Of a stretch of 64,000 bases of DNA, positions 48,286-57,855 are shown piece by piece; position 1 is the first letter of the stretch, and each line of letters begins with the position of its first letter. The translations under genes were made by a program, and so were the position numbers. The stretch is from Bacillota bacterium (GTDB lineage Bacteria > Bacillota > Sulfobacillia > JAMCWA01), in assembly GCA_023475165.1 (NCBI GenBank), contig JAMCWA010000034.1, positions 31,081-95,080 on the forward strand. The letters are read 5' to 3'. Below the pieces are notes generated by a model that was not told where the DNA came from, did not search any database, and saw only the letters and a program-made list of their open reading frames with translations.

Positions 48286-48397
48286 CAAGGGACTGCTGAC
48301 GAACTGCGGTTTGAAGGGTTGACCCGCCCGAGAAAAGACGCCATCGTTTATGAAAAGCTTCGGCGAGACCGTTCAAAAAGCTCCAGATGCGGGGAGC
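48286..48397 (+). repeat. Repeat family, copy 13
   Basis: GGGACTGCTGACGAACTGCGGTTTGAAGGGTTGACCCGCCCGAG ... GGCGAGACCGTTCAAAAAGCTCCAGATGCGGGGAGC. Confidence 0.8.
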
Positions 48398-48545
48398 AAT
48401 TAGGCTTTGGGCGGAAGCATATATGGAAATACGGCGGGGACAACGAGGCTGCTGACCGGGGAACGGCTGTCGGTCCCACCGACATTCGTTGAACACCTGC
48501 TCCCGCTTGGCCGTGCGGGTGACCTATCACACTTCTATTCTTAGG

Positions 48546-51500
48546 ATGTGCTCAACCTTGCCTATAGGGGAATTTGTCGCCTTCGACTTTGAAACGACCG
48601 GCATTGACCAGGAAAGAGACGTTATCATCCAAATGGGCGCAGTGCGATTTCGGGACGGTGCGGTGGAGGATGAATTTGAGAGCCTGATCAACCCCCACCG
48701 TCCCCTGTCGGCCAAGGTGAGACGGCTCACAGGGATCAGCGACGAGAGTCTGGCCGGAGCCCCGGACATCAGTAATCGTTTGCCTGACCTCCTCCGTTTT
48801 ATCGGTGATACACCGCTCCTGGCCCATAACGCCGCCTTTGACCTGGCATTCTTAAAGAAAGCCCTGGTCCAGCGCGGCCTTCCCCCGGTGACCAATACGG
48901 TCTACGACACATACGAATTGGCTAGAATCCTCTATCCTACCGCCAAGTCCTTCTCCCTGGGATCCCTGTGCCAAACCGTTGGGGTAGCCCTGGAGCGTCC
49001 CCACAATGCCCTGGAAGACGCCCGTTCCGCTGGATGGCTGGCCATCAGGCTTTTGGCCAGACTGGAGGAATTTGATCACGACCTCCTGGTCAGGGCTGAC
49101 CGCTGGCTTGGGCCGTCGAACTGGGCGTGGAAGGAAGACTTTCGCGCCGCCGAAAAAGCGGCGTGGAGCAGGTTCGCTGCCAGCCCCCGCCGAGGTCCTT
49201 TCGGAGTGAAGTGGCAAGAGCCTGCCGGCGGCCTCTTTGCCAAGGAAGAGAGGGGAGAGCCGGAAGAGGGTAAGGAATTCCAGCCCCTGGACAGTTGGGA
49301 ACTCTCCCTTCTCTTGAAAGAAGGCGGCAGGGTGGCGGCTAAGCTAGCCCCTTACGAATACCGGGACGAACAGGTTCAAGCGCTACAGGTGGTGACTGCT
49401 GCCTTCACGGAGGGAAAATTCCTCTTGGTGGAGGCTGGCACCGGAACAGGGAAATCCCTGGCCTACCTCATTCCGGCCCTTCATTGGGCTCATCTTAATC
49501 AAGAACGGGTAATCGTCTCCACCCATACCATCACCCTCCAGGAACAGCTTTGGAACAAGGACCTTCCTCTGCTCCAGGGGGCCCTGCCCTTCCCTTTCCA
49601 GGCCGCCCTGCTCAAAGGGCGCTCCAACTATCTCTGCTTGGCCCGGCTGGAGGAACTGGGGGAAATGGAGAAAAACCTGGTGATGGCGCCCGGTGACCCC
49701 TCCAGCCAATCTGCCGGACGCGGCTTCGCGGGGAGCTACCGCGAAGGTGCGCCGCAAGGCCAGGCTTCTTTAGCCCGGGACGATTTAAGAGAACGCTTAT
49801 TCCTGGCCCGGCTAGAGGTTTGGTTGAGCGGTACCGATTCCGGCGATCGAAGTGAACTCCGGTTGGGCCGTGAAGAAGAGGACCTCTGGCGATTGGTCGG
49901 CGCCGATAACACCTGTCCGGGTACGGATTGTCCTCATTTCGACTGGTGCTTTGTCAGCCGGGTCCGCGCGGAGGCTTCTCAGGCCGACCTGATCCTGGTT
50001 AACCACGCCCTTTTGCTCTCCGATACCAGAATAAAGAACCGTCTTCTACCCCGGCACCGTCATCTGATCTTGGACGAGGCCCATCACCTGGAGGAGGTAG
50101 CCACCAACCACCTGGGGGTGGACCTCTATCAGAGCGAAGTGGAGCGGCTCCTCCGTGGACTGGATTCCGGGGGAGTCAGGAACGGCTTTCGTCCCGGTTT
50201 GATCAATAGTCTGGAGACCCTCTTGAAGCGCCTGGCCGAGCCGGAGCGGCGACAGGGCTTGTTGGATAGGCTCATGGCTTTAAAGACGGCCATCTTTGAC
50301 CTGGGGGCAGCTAATGAGAATTTCTTCATCCGACTGGGCCAGTGGGCTGGTCGAACCAAAAAGCCATCGGAAGAGGATTTCGACCTGATCACCTACACCA
50401 TCCCCGAGGACGACCGGGATCTCGTTCAGGCGCTCCTGGAAGAGGGGGAGGGCCTCCTGGGTTTGGCCGAGGCCCTTCGCCAGGGTTTGCTGGAGGTGAG
50501 GGAAGGCCTGAAGGAAGCCTTTCCAGACCACGCGATCCTATTGGCCCGGGTGGATCGGTACCTTTCCTACCTGCAAGACTACGCGGAAAGGGTAAGAAAT
50601 CTGACGACGGGAATCGCCGGCTTCGTCCGCTGGATCGAGTGGCATCCAGCGGAGAGAAATCCTGTCGGGACCGGCCGTTACCGCCGCGGTGGTGCCCTGC
50701 GGGCCGCCCCGGTGGAGGTCGGCAGTCTCTTGAGCGAACAATTCTTCCCCAGACTGCGTAGCGCCGTTTTGACCTCCGCCACTCTCACCGCCGCCTCCTC
50801 GCGCGACGGGGACCCCTTTGCCCATATCCGGCACCGGATCGGCTTTGACCGGCTCGATCCCAAGCGAGTCCTTTCCCAAAAGATCCTTTCCCCCTTCAAC
50901 TATGCCCAGCAATCTCTCATCCTCATCAATCGCGACCTACCGGTCCCCAACAAAGTCCGGGAACAAGAATACCTGGACGCTGCGGCCGATATGATTCGGA
51001 TGGTGCTGGGTATCACCGGTGGTCGGACCCTGGTTCTTTTCACCTCCCACCGTAGCCTTCGCTATGTCCACCAGCGCCTGGCCCTCGAGCTGGAACGGAT
51101 GGGCATCACCCTGCTTGGTCATTTCATCGATGGGTCGCGGGAGAAGGTTCTGGAGGAATACAAGGAAAACCAATCCAGTGTCCTCCTTGGGGCCAATAGT
51201 TTCTGGGAGGGGGTGGACCTGCCCGGTGAGCTTTTGACCTGCGTCATCATGGTCAGGTTGCCTTTCAGCCCACCTGGCAACCCGGTGCAACAGGCCAGGC
51301 AAAGGAGCCTGGAAGAGCAGGGCCTTTCCTCCTTCAGCCACCTCTCCCTACCGGAAGCCATCCTCCGCTTCAAGCAAGGCTTTGGCCGCCTGATCCGCCG
51401 CAAGACCGATCGCGGGGTGGTCTTGGTCCTGGATCCCCGCCTTGATCCCGCCCGAGGCGGCTATGGTCAGAGTTTCCTGGATTCCGTCCCGCACCCCGCG

Positions 51501-51572
51501 ATCTATGCCGGACATCGCCAGGAGATCCTGGCCAGGATAGCCGAATGGTTTGGAAAAAGAGGCGACTTGTAA
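48546..51572 (+). CDS. dinG: DinG-family ATP-dependent helicase with N-terminal DnaQ-like 3'-5' exonuclease domain
   Basis: Exonuclease motif FVAFDFETTG, then a DEAD_2 helicase with DEAHHL and an Fe-S Cys region. The start is ambiguous (TTG 48489 or ATG 48546). Confidence 0.85.
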   Translation: MCSTLPIGEFVAFDFETTGIDQERDVIIQMGAVRFRDGAVEDEFESLINPHRPLSAKVRRLTGISDESLAGAPDISNRLPDLLRFIGDTPLLAHNAAFDLAFLKKALVQRGLPPVTNTVYDTYELARILYPTAKSFSLGSLCQTVGVALERPHNALEDARSAGWLAIRLLARLEEFDHDLLVRADRWLGPSNWAWKEDFRAAEKAAWSRFAASPRRGPFGVKWQEPAGGLFAKEERGEPEEGKEFQPLDSWELSLLLKEGGRVAAKLAPYEYRDEQVQALQVVTAAFTEGKFLLVEAGTGTGKSLAYLIPALHWAHLNQERVIVSTHTITLQEQLWNKDLPLLQGALPFPFQAALLKGRSNYLCLARLEELGEMEKNLVMAPGDPSSQSAGRGFAGSYREGAPQGQASLARDDLRERLFLARLEVWLSGTDSGDRSELRLGREEEDLWRLVGADNTCPGTDCPHFDWCFVSRVRAEASQADLILVNHALLLSDTRIKNRLLPRHRHLILDEAHHLEEVATNHLGVDLYQSEVERLLRGLDSGGVRNGFRPGLINSLETLLKRLAEPERRQGLLDRLMALKTAIFDLGAANENFFIRLGQWAGRTKKPSEEDFDLITYTIPEDDRDLVQALLEEGEGLLGLAEALRQGLLEVREGLKEAFPDHAILLARVDRYLSYLQDYAERVRNLTTGIAGFVRWIEWHPAERNPVGTGRYRRGGALRAAPVEVGSLLSEQFFPRLRSAVLTSATLTAASSRDGDPFAHIRHRIGFDRLDPKRVLSQKILSPFNYAQQSLILINRDLPVPNKVREQEYLDAAADMIRMVLGITGGRTLVLFTSHRSLRYVHQRLALELERMGITLLGHFIDGSREKVLEEYKENQSSVLLGANSFWEGVDLPGELLTCVIMVRLPFSPPGNPVQQARQRSLEEQGLSSFSHLSLPEAILRFKQGFGRLIRRKTDRGVVLVLDPRLDPARGGYGQSFLDSVPHPAIYAGHRQEILARIAEWFGKRGDL

Positions 51573-51624
51573 AGAGGAGACGGTTTATATAGAATGTGGT
51601 CAGAGACACCGCCCAACGTACCAC

Positions 51625-51679
51625 CTAGGAGACTGCTGACGAACTGCGTTTTGCGTGGTTAGCGCGCCCTAACGGTATC
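51625..51679 (+). repeat. Repeat family, boxB (copy 14)
   Basis: CTAGGAGACTGCTGACGAACTGCGTTTTGCGTGGTTAGCGCGCCC. Confidence 0.8.
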
Positions 51680-51740
51680 TTGGACGGATTGAGCACTCGA
51701 AATGCAGTTCTTCAGCAGTCCCCTGGCGAAAGGAGTCCAT

Positions 51741-52550
51741 ATGCGCCTGCTTCTGACCAACGATGACGGTATCCACGCCGAGGGTCTTCAGTCCTTACGG
51801 CAAGTCTTGTCCGCATCCCCCATGATGGAGGTCTTCACCGTGGCACCGGATCGCGAACGGAGCGCCAGCGGTCATGCTATTACCATGCACCGGCCCCTCC
51901 TGGTGGATGAGATTAAGACTAACGGCCGGAGGGAAAGAGCCTGGGCAGTGGGAGGTACTCCGGCCGATTGCACCAAACTGGCGGTGGAGGCCATCCTCGA
52001 GGAGAGGCCCGATGTGGTGATTTCCGGTATCAATCGCGGGCCCAACCTCGGCACGGATGTCTTTTATTCGGGAACCGTCTCCGCTGCTATTGAGGGGGCT
52101 ATGTACGGCCTTCCCGCTCTGGCTGTCTCCCTGACCGCCTTCGAAGGTTTGGATTATACCTTTGCCGCCCATTTTGTTCGCCATCTCCTCGGGTATTTAC
52201 CCCAGTTGTCCCTCAAACCCCGCATCCTGCTCAATGTGAACATCCCGGCCGTTGAACCCTCCCAGATCAACGGAGTGCGCTTCACCCGGTTGGGTGTGCG
52301 GCAATACCGGAACGTCTTTGATCGTCGCCTCGATCCCCGCGGCCGGGTCTATTACTGGCTGGCGGGTGAGCTTTTAGACCCAGACAACGACCCAGACAGC
52401 GACGTCATTGCCATCAAGAACAACTTCATCTCCATAACCCCCATCCATCTCGATCTGACCAGTCATCAGACCCTGTACGATTTGCAGCAAGTGGAGATAG
52501 ATCTGGGGGAGATAGTGGACAGGTCAGGAATCCTCCACCGGACGCAGTAG
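51741..52550 (+). CDS. surE: 5'/3'-nucleotidase SurE
   Basis: MRLLLTNDDGIHAEGL... SD is AAAGGAG. Confidence 0.9.
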   Translation: MRLLLTNDDGIHAEGLQSLRQVLSASPMMEVFTVAPDRERSASGHAITMHRPLLVDEIKTNGRRERAWAVGGTPADCTKLAVEAILEERPDVVISGINRGPNLGTDVFYSGTVSAAIEGAMYGLPALAVSLTAFEGLDYTFAAHFVRHLLGYLPQLSLKPRILLNVNIPAVEPSQINGVRFTRLGVRQYRNVFDRRLDPRGRVYYWLAGELLDPDNDPDSDVIAIKNNFISITPIHLDLTSHQTLYDLQQVEIDLGEIVDRSGILHRTQ

Positions 52551-52569
52551 GGAAGAGGGGGAGGTCAGC

Positions 52570-53616
52570 TTGAAGCAGGTTGGTCTGGTTTACCATCCCG
52601 ACTATCTCTATCATGATCCAGGGGAGCATCCCGAAAACGCCGCCCGGCTGCAGCGGGTCCTGGACCTATTAGAGGAGATGGGAACCAAACAGAGACTGGT
52701 GCAAGTGAAGCCCCGCCAGGCCACAGTTACCGAGATCGCCTACGTCCATCGGTTGGCTTACATTGAAGAGGTGAAGCGCTTTGCCGAAGGGGGCGGTGGT
52801 CATTTTTCCATTGATACCAGTGGCTCGCCCCAGACCTACGATGTAGCCCGCCTGGCGGTCGGCGGAGCCCTCTCGGGCCTGGATGCCATTATGATGGGTC
52901 TTGACAGCGCTTTTGCCCTGGTCCGCCCCCCGGGTCATCACGCCTTTCCGGGAGAGGGAATGGGGTTCTGTTTCTTCAACAATGTGGCAGTGGCGGCCCG
53001 GTACGCCCAACGCCGGTATAGTTTTGAGCGAATCCTCATCGTGGATTGGGACGTCCACCATGGCAACGGGACCGAGACCATCTTTTATGGAGACCCCAAT
53101 GTCCTCTACTTCTCGGTCCATCAAAGCCCCTTCTATCCCGGAACGGGCCACATCGATGACGTGGGCTGGGGAGAGGGGCAGGGGTTCAACGTCAACGTCC
53201 CTCTACCTGCCGGACAGGGTGACGCCGCCTACCGCCATGTCTTCCAAGAAATCCTTCTGCCGGTGGGGCGTGAGTTTCAACCGGACCTGGTTTTGATCTC
53301 CGCGGGGCAGGATAGTCATTTTGCCGACTACCTGGGCGGCATGCAGGTGACGGCGGCGGGTTTCGGGGAATTGGCCGGAATGGTTCGCCAGGTCGCGGAT
53401 GAGTTCGCCGGCGGGCGAGTCCTGGCGGTTTTGGAAGGAGGGTACAGCCCCCCGGCCATGGCGGCCAGTGTCCTCTCCATCCTCAGCCGGCTGGGAGATT
53501 TGGATCTAAAGATCCCCGAAGATACTTCTGGCCTGCAGGAATCGCCTGATGAGCTGGCTAGGCGACGCGTGGCAGAGGTCAAAGCCGTTCAGCGGCATTT
53601 TTGGAAAAATCTCTGA
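52570..53616 (+). CDS. Histone-deacetylase-family amidohydrolase (AcuC/Aph-like)
   Basis: PGHHA and DWDVHHGNGTE motifs. TTG start with a GGGGGAGG SD. Confidence 0.8.
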   Translation: MKQVGLVYHPDYLYHDPGEHPENAARLQRVLDLLEEMGTKQRLVQVKPRQATVTEIAYVHRLAYIEEVKRFAEGGGGHFSIDTSGSPQTYDVARLAVGGALSGLDAIMMGLDSAFALVRPPGHHAFPGEGMGFCFFNNVAVAARYAQRRYSFERILIVDWDVHHGNGTETIFYGDPNVLYFSVHQSPFYPGTGHIDDVGWGEGQGFNVNVPLPAGQGDAAYRHVFQEILLPVGREFQPDLVLISAGQDSHFADYLGGMQVTAAGFGELAGMVRQVADEFAGGRVLAVLEGGYSPPAMAASVLSILSRLGDLDLKIPEDTSGLQESPDELARRRVAEVKAVQRHFWKNL

Positions 53617-53794
53617 CTTTGCCAGCGGGCCTTTTGCCGTCCTGATCGGCACGGCCTTTCTGACGAAACCTTCACCGGCGGGATAGGATGCCAGCGGCAA
53701 CCTGTCCCGTTTTGACGTTTGTTCACCGACATGGCGATTTTTGATAACATAATGGGGCGGCGCGGGGAAAAAATAAATCTGGGGGTGTTTAATC

Positions 53795-54025
53795 ATGCCG
53801 CGTCGTAATCGCAAGCTGGTACCAAAGGCAGAGCGCAAGCTTGACCAGTTGAAGTACGAGGTGGCCGATGAACTAGGGCTAGACGACGATATCGAAAACC
53901 GTGGCTGGGAGAATATGACTACCCGTGAAGTCGGCAAGATCGGCGGCAATATGGTGCGACGCATGGTTCGTTTCGCCGAGAAAGAAATGCCGATGGAGCA
54001 AAACGAAAATGGCAAGAGCAGCTAG
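53795..54025 (+). CDS. Small acid-soluble spore protein, alpha/beta type
   Basis: LVPKAERKLDQLKYEVADELGL...GKIGGNMVRRMVRFAEKE. SD is GGGGGTG. Confidence 0.7.
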   Translation: MPRRNRKLVPKAERKLDQLKYEVADELGLDDDIENRGWENMTTREVGKIGGNMVRRMVRFAEKEMPMEQNENGKSS

Positions 54026-54218
54026 CCTGAAGAAGTCCAGCTTCTCTCAGCTCACTGGGTTTGGGTCGATGTAATTGATGCTCCTCGCTGACCTGGAGCA
54101 CTACGGCCTTCCGGCCGGTACCGTCGTAAACTCCCGTCCCTGGGGGGCGAGCATCTTGCCAAATGGCTTAGGCGCAAGTCATAAAAGTCATAAAAGGTAA
54201 GGCGCTCGCTCCCCCGTT

Positions 54219-54262
54219 TAGGAGACGCTGAAAAACATGAAAAACAAACACCCTAGTGTGGC
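54219..54262 (-). repeat. Repeat family, degenerate boxA-type fragment (copy 15)
   Basis: TAGGAGACGCTGAAAAACATGAAAAACAAACACCCTAGTGTGGC. Confidence 0.4.
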
Positions 54263-54336
54263 CTTTAAGGAGGTGTTATTCCTTCTTGCACTTAGTACGT
54301 CCGGATAAGAAGTGGCCGTATTGGCCGGCCCTCTCA

Positions 54337-54568
54337 TTCGGAGCCTTGTCGCTTGTAGCATCTCTGAGGGTCTTGGCCTTATAATTGGGCTAAAGCCGCC
54401 AGGAACAACCGCTATTCAGCGCGGCAGAGACTATGGCAGCTTTATTTGTTTTCGCGCGCGAACCAGGTCGCAGGCGGCTAGACATCGAGCGCGGCAGCCA
54501 CTGGCAGAGACTATGGCAGTTTTGCTCGGGCGACAACTCAAAACGCAGTTCATCAGCACTCTCCTAGG
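54337..54568 (-). repeat. Repeat family, near-full copy in inverted orientation (copy 16)
   Basis: CGGAGCCTTGTCGCT ... GGGCTAAAGCCGCCAG ... two copies of GGCAGAGACTATGGCAG ... CTCGGGCGACAACTCAAAACGCAGTTCATCAGCACTCTCCTAGG. Confidence 0.8.
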
Positions 54569-54912
54569 GGGTTTCACCCGTCTAACAACTTGGAGAACTC
54601 TTTACCCACGAAGATCACCGCTCATCGTTAGAATCTGGAGCCAGTTTCATAGGATGGCACTACGTTCATGCTATCCTTTTTTGTTTATCGGGCGGGCTGT
54701 TTTAGAGACTACTGAGTAACTCGGTGGTCTCCCAGCCTCGGTTTTTTGAGCCTCATTTGGTTCGCTCATCGGATTGACTGTCCTGACAGTCCTAGGTTTT
54801 CTCATATCGTTCGGCCCGAGCCGAACGGGTACTTTATAGAATGAACCGCTTGTGAATTAACGAACCATCCTGAATAGCGTCGCGATTCCGCATCGCGAAA
54901 ACTTTTTCTCAC

Positions 54913-56490
54913 ATGCAGGAATTTTGCCAGGTTCCACGAAATATGATAAAGAACCTGCTGGCCATCGTGCTGAAGGCGGCAGGAAAACGACTTAAGGAGG
55001 TTGAAAAACAGGTGTCGGACAAGTCACTACCAGTCGAAAAGGTCCCCGCTGGTTACGGACCCCCCTGGGAACGGGGCGAGGAGATGCCGGCCACGCTTCC
55101 CTTTAACTGGTCTAACGCGTGGAAGGTTATCGGCCCCGGCTTTATTCTCCTTTCTCTCTCCATTGGCAGCGGCGAGTGGCTCATGGGCCCTGCCAGCGTC
55201 CTGAAGTACGGCACCTTCGTCCTATGGATCGTTTCCATCGGCATCATCACGCAAGCTGCTTTTAACCTGGTCATGACCAAGTATACCCTTTACACCGGTG
55301 AGCCGATCATGGTTGGGCTTACCCGCCTGGCACCGGGACCGTCCCTTTGGGTACCAATATGGGTGTTGATTTCGGTCGTCTCCATTGGGCCTGGCTGGGC
55401 CGCTGGTTCCGCTACCGCCATGGCGGCCATGTTCATGGGACGCATGCCCGGCAATGCTGACAAGGCCGTGGTTCTTGGGTCGGGCGTCGTCCTCTTTCTT
55501 ACCACTGTTTTCATCCTCATGTTCGGCGGTAAAGTCGAAGCCTGGCTGGAAAAGGTCAATAAGTGGATCGTCTATTTCATCTTTGGCAGCCTCTTCATCC
55601 TGGTTATCCTTTTTGCCCCCTTTGATAAATGGATCGAAGTGGCCGGTGGCTTCTTCAAGTTCGGCCAGTTGCCCAAAGGCAAGGTGGATTGGTTCCTCCT
55701 GGCCGGACTGGCCGGCTATGCCGGGGCCGGCGGCATCTTGAACATGGGTGTCACCAACTGGTATCGCGACAAGGGCTACGGCATGGGTGCGGTTGTCGGC
55801 TATATTCCCTCCCTCGTTGGTGGCAAGGAAATCCGCGTGGCCAAAAGCGGCAGGGTTCCACCCCAGAATCAAACCACCTTGGAAAGGTTCAAGGATTGGT
55901 GGAGATACGTGGTCCTCGACCAGATCGGCGTCTGGACCGTTGGAGCCTTCGTAGGTATGTTCCTAACGGTTCTTCTCTCCTATTCCATGGTCCCCACGGG
56001 CACCAACATGGACGGTTGGGCGGCCGCTGCCCACCAGGCCGAAGGTGTTGGTAAGGTGATGGGCTCCCTCGGCTGGTACTGGGTTTTGATGATCGGTTTC
56101 TGGGTCCTGTACGGTACCCAGCTTTCCAACAGCGATAGTTTCGTACGACAGATGTCTGACCTCCTCTGGGTAGCCAGCCCGTGGGTGCGGGAAAAGCTTT
56201 CCAAAGAGGACATTCGCCGCCTCTACTACGGCTTGCTCATCCTCTTCACCATCTGGTCCATTTATCTGGCCTTCCAGGGGACGCCTATGTTCCTGGTGGC
56301 CTTCATGGCCAACGCCGCCAACCTGGCCTTCACCGTGGGAGGTTTGCAGCTCCTTTTCCTGGAAAAATTCTATCCGAAGGAATTGAAGACCCCCCTCTGG
56401 GCCAAGGCGTTGATCGTCCTCCTGGTCCTCTTCTATGGTGCCTTCACGTTCATTGGTTTCGGGACCAAGTTCTTTGGCCTGAAGCTCTAA
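54913..56490 (+). CDS. Nramp-like (MntH-related, divergent) polytopic membrane transporter
   Basis: GPGFILLSLSIGSGEWLMGPA resembles the Nramp GPGFL...DPGN region. About 11 TM helices. Confidence 0.5.
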   Translation: MQEFCQVPRNMIKNLLAIVLKAAGKRLKEVEKQVSDKSLPVEKVPAGYGPPWERGEEMPATLPFNWSNAWKVIGPGFILLSLSIGSGEWLMGPASVLKYGTFVLWIVSIGIITQAAFNLVMTKYTLYTGEPIMVGLTRLAPGPSLWVPIWVLISVVSIGPGWAAGSATAMAAMFMGRMPGNADKAVVLGSGVVLFLTTVFILMFGGKVEAWLEKVNKWIVYFIFGSLFILVILFAPFDKWIEVAGGFFKFGQLPKGKVDWFLLAGLAGYAGAGGILNMGVTNWYRDKGYGMGAVVGYIPSLVGGKEIRVAKSGRVPPQNQTTLERFKDWWRYVVLDQIGVWTVGAFVGMFLTVLLSYSMVPTGTNMDGWAAAAHQAEGVGKVMGSLGWYWVLMIGFWVLYGTQLSNSDSFVRQMSDLLWVASPWVREKLSKEDIRRLYYGLLILFTIWSIYLAFQGTPMFLVAFMANAANLAFTVGGLQLLFLEKFYPKELKTPLWAKALIVLLVLFYGAFTFIGFGTKFFGLKL

Positions 56491-56504
56491 AAACTGGATA
56501 ATTT

Positions 56505-56595
56505 CCTGGCGGTTGCGCCGTAATCTCCATTTTAGGGGAAGTTAATCGGCGGCTTGCGCCAACGCAGATGGGGGTTTTTCAGCGGTTTCCTAGTT
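56505..56595 (+). repeat. Repeat family, copy 17
   Basis: CCTGGCGGTTGCGCC ... GGCGGCTTGCGCCAACGCAGATGGGGGTTTTTCAGCGGTTTCCTAG. Confidence 0.65.
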
Positions 56596-56604
56596 GGGAA
56601 CGCA

Positions 56605-56643
56605 GGGCCCTACCTTCTCACAAGGTAGGGCCTCTTTTTTGTT
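56605..56643 (+). terminator. Rho-independent terminator between the Nramp-like gene and sigK
   Basis: GGGCCCTACCTT-ctcaca-AAGGTAGGGCC followed by TCTTTTTTGTT. Confidence 0.65.
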
Positions 56644-56744
56644 GGTTAGGGCTCGACAATTCGGCTGGAAAAAAGGAGAGTTCTTAATCGTTGTTTTTTA
56701 CCTGGCGCCGACCGCTGTACTGGCACCGACCGTCCCTTCCCGGC

Positions 56745-56753
56745 ATACTATAG
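56745..56753 (+). promoter_or_regulatory. Mother-cell-type (sigE/sigK) -10 element CATACTATA upstream of sigK
   Basis: Matches CATAnnnTA, with AC about 17 nt upstream. Confidence 0.4.
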
Positions 56754-56790
56754 AAAGGTGACCGGAATCTCCATCAGCGGGGGTGAAAGT

Positions 56791-57150
56791 TTGGAAGGCG
56801 CACTGATCTGGCTGCTGGTGGCTTTCCTCAAAAGTCTGCGACTGCTGCATGGCTATCTCAGTAGTAACACCTTTCCCCAACCCCTGAGTGAAGAGGAGGA
56901 AACCCGCTACCTTAAGTTGCATGAAAAGGGCGATCTGAAGGCTAAAGGTGTACTGGTGGAAAGGAACCTGCGCCTGGTGGCCCACGTGGTGAAAAAATTC
57001 GGCAACATCCCGGATTCGGAGGATCTCATTTCAATAGGCACCGTAGGGCTGATCAAGGCCATTGACACCTTCGACCGTAAGAAGGGCACCAAGTTGGCCA
57101 CCTATGCGGCGCGCTGTATTGAAAACGAAATCTCAAAGACAGCACCTTAG
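56791..57150 (+). CDS. sigK: RNA polymerase sigma-K factor, 5' portion only (pro-sequence plus region 2); gene interrupted by an intervening element
   Basis: [23 protein letters not shown]...[13 protein letters not shown]...[17 protein letters not shown]...[17 protein letters not shown] is colinear with SigK. It then diverges (SKTAP*) into AT-rich DNA at about 57135. TTG 56791 has a GGGGGTG SD (the ORF-track GTG at 56758 is an alternative). A CATACTATA sigE/sigK-type -10 lies upstream. Confidence 0.8.
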   Translation: MEGALIWLLVAFLKSLRLLHGYLSSNTFPQPLSEEEETRYLKLHEKGDLKAKGVLVERNLRLVAHVVKKFGNIPDSEDLISIGTVGLIKAIDTFDRKKGTKLATYAARCIENEISKTAP

Positions 57151-57580
57151 CTATATTTTGGGGCTGTTTTGGGTGATTTTTAGCTAAAAGAAGATGATAG
57201 GGACAGAAATTAAACCATAATAAAATATTGAAATTTTTTTGAAAACTAGCAGGAAATTTCGAGTTTGTAGCTAATAAAATTAGTAGCTGCCAAAAGTGAA
57301 TATTATAGGGAATGATGGGGGTGGAAGAGACCCTTGCGGGCGCCGTAGGAGTAATTTATCGCGAGGTGGCGCGATAAAGAACCTCTCAGGCAAAAGGACT
57401 ACTCCCGAACCCAACTCTGGAGAGTTTCCTTAAAGTATGTTTTAAGGAGCGCCAAAGGGGAAAGCAGAGGATTGCTAATCTCTCAGGCAAGAGGTGATTG
57501 GCAGGAATCGTACGTAGGTGTGAGGTGCTCCGTGTTGCCGCAAGGCGGGGGGAGAATTGTGTGAAGGGAGGTGAGGTAAC

Positions 57581-57796
57581 ATGCCCGTGCTGGTTCATGA
57601 GGGGATTTACCAGATCCATTGGTGCATCCACAGCGGATCTGCAGCACTGCCCCTTTCCCTGACCAACCGAGCATCGGCGGAGGAGGCTTCGAAGATCGTC
57701 GAGAAGGGACTAATGGGGATGCGCGGACAGCGGATCCTGGAGCAGTTGTTTGCGAACAAGATGGCACTGTCGGAGGCGTTGTCGTGGGAGAAATGA
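57581..57796 (+). CDS. Small ORF (71 aa), candidate precursor peptide of the downstream radical-SAM operon
   Basis: Strongest SD in the region (GGGAGGTGAGG, 5-nt spacing). An aromatic/His-rich N-terminus (HEGIYQIHWCIHS) and a C-terminal ...LSWEK. A 10-bp-stem hairpin follows before the rhodanese gene. Confidence 0.35.
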   Translation: MPVLVHEGIYQIHWCIHSGSAALPLSLTNRASAEEASKIVEKGLMGMRGQRILEQLFANKMALSEALSWEK

Positions 57797-57823
57797 GTTG
57801 CGTCAGTGCACCGCGCGGTGGCC

Positions 57824-57855
57824 AGGGGGTCCGCCGCCTTCGTGACGGACCCCCT
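57824..57855 (+). promoter_or_regulatory. Stable hairpin between the small ORF and the rhodanese gene (putative attenuator / mRNA-processing structure)
   Basis: AGGGGGTCCG-12 nt-CGGACCCCCT, a 10-bp GC stem with no U-tract. Preceded by the palindrome CACCGCGCGGTG. Confidence 0.4.

Noticed and set aside
54312-54719. 135-aa ORF
   Set aside because: Overlaps inverted repeat copy 16. Low-complexity. No SD.
3636-56595. CRISPR array interpretation of the recurring repeats
   Set aside because: Units are dispersed over 50 kb, variable in length and modular, with no regular repeat-spacer periodicity.
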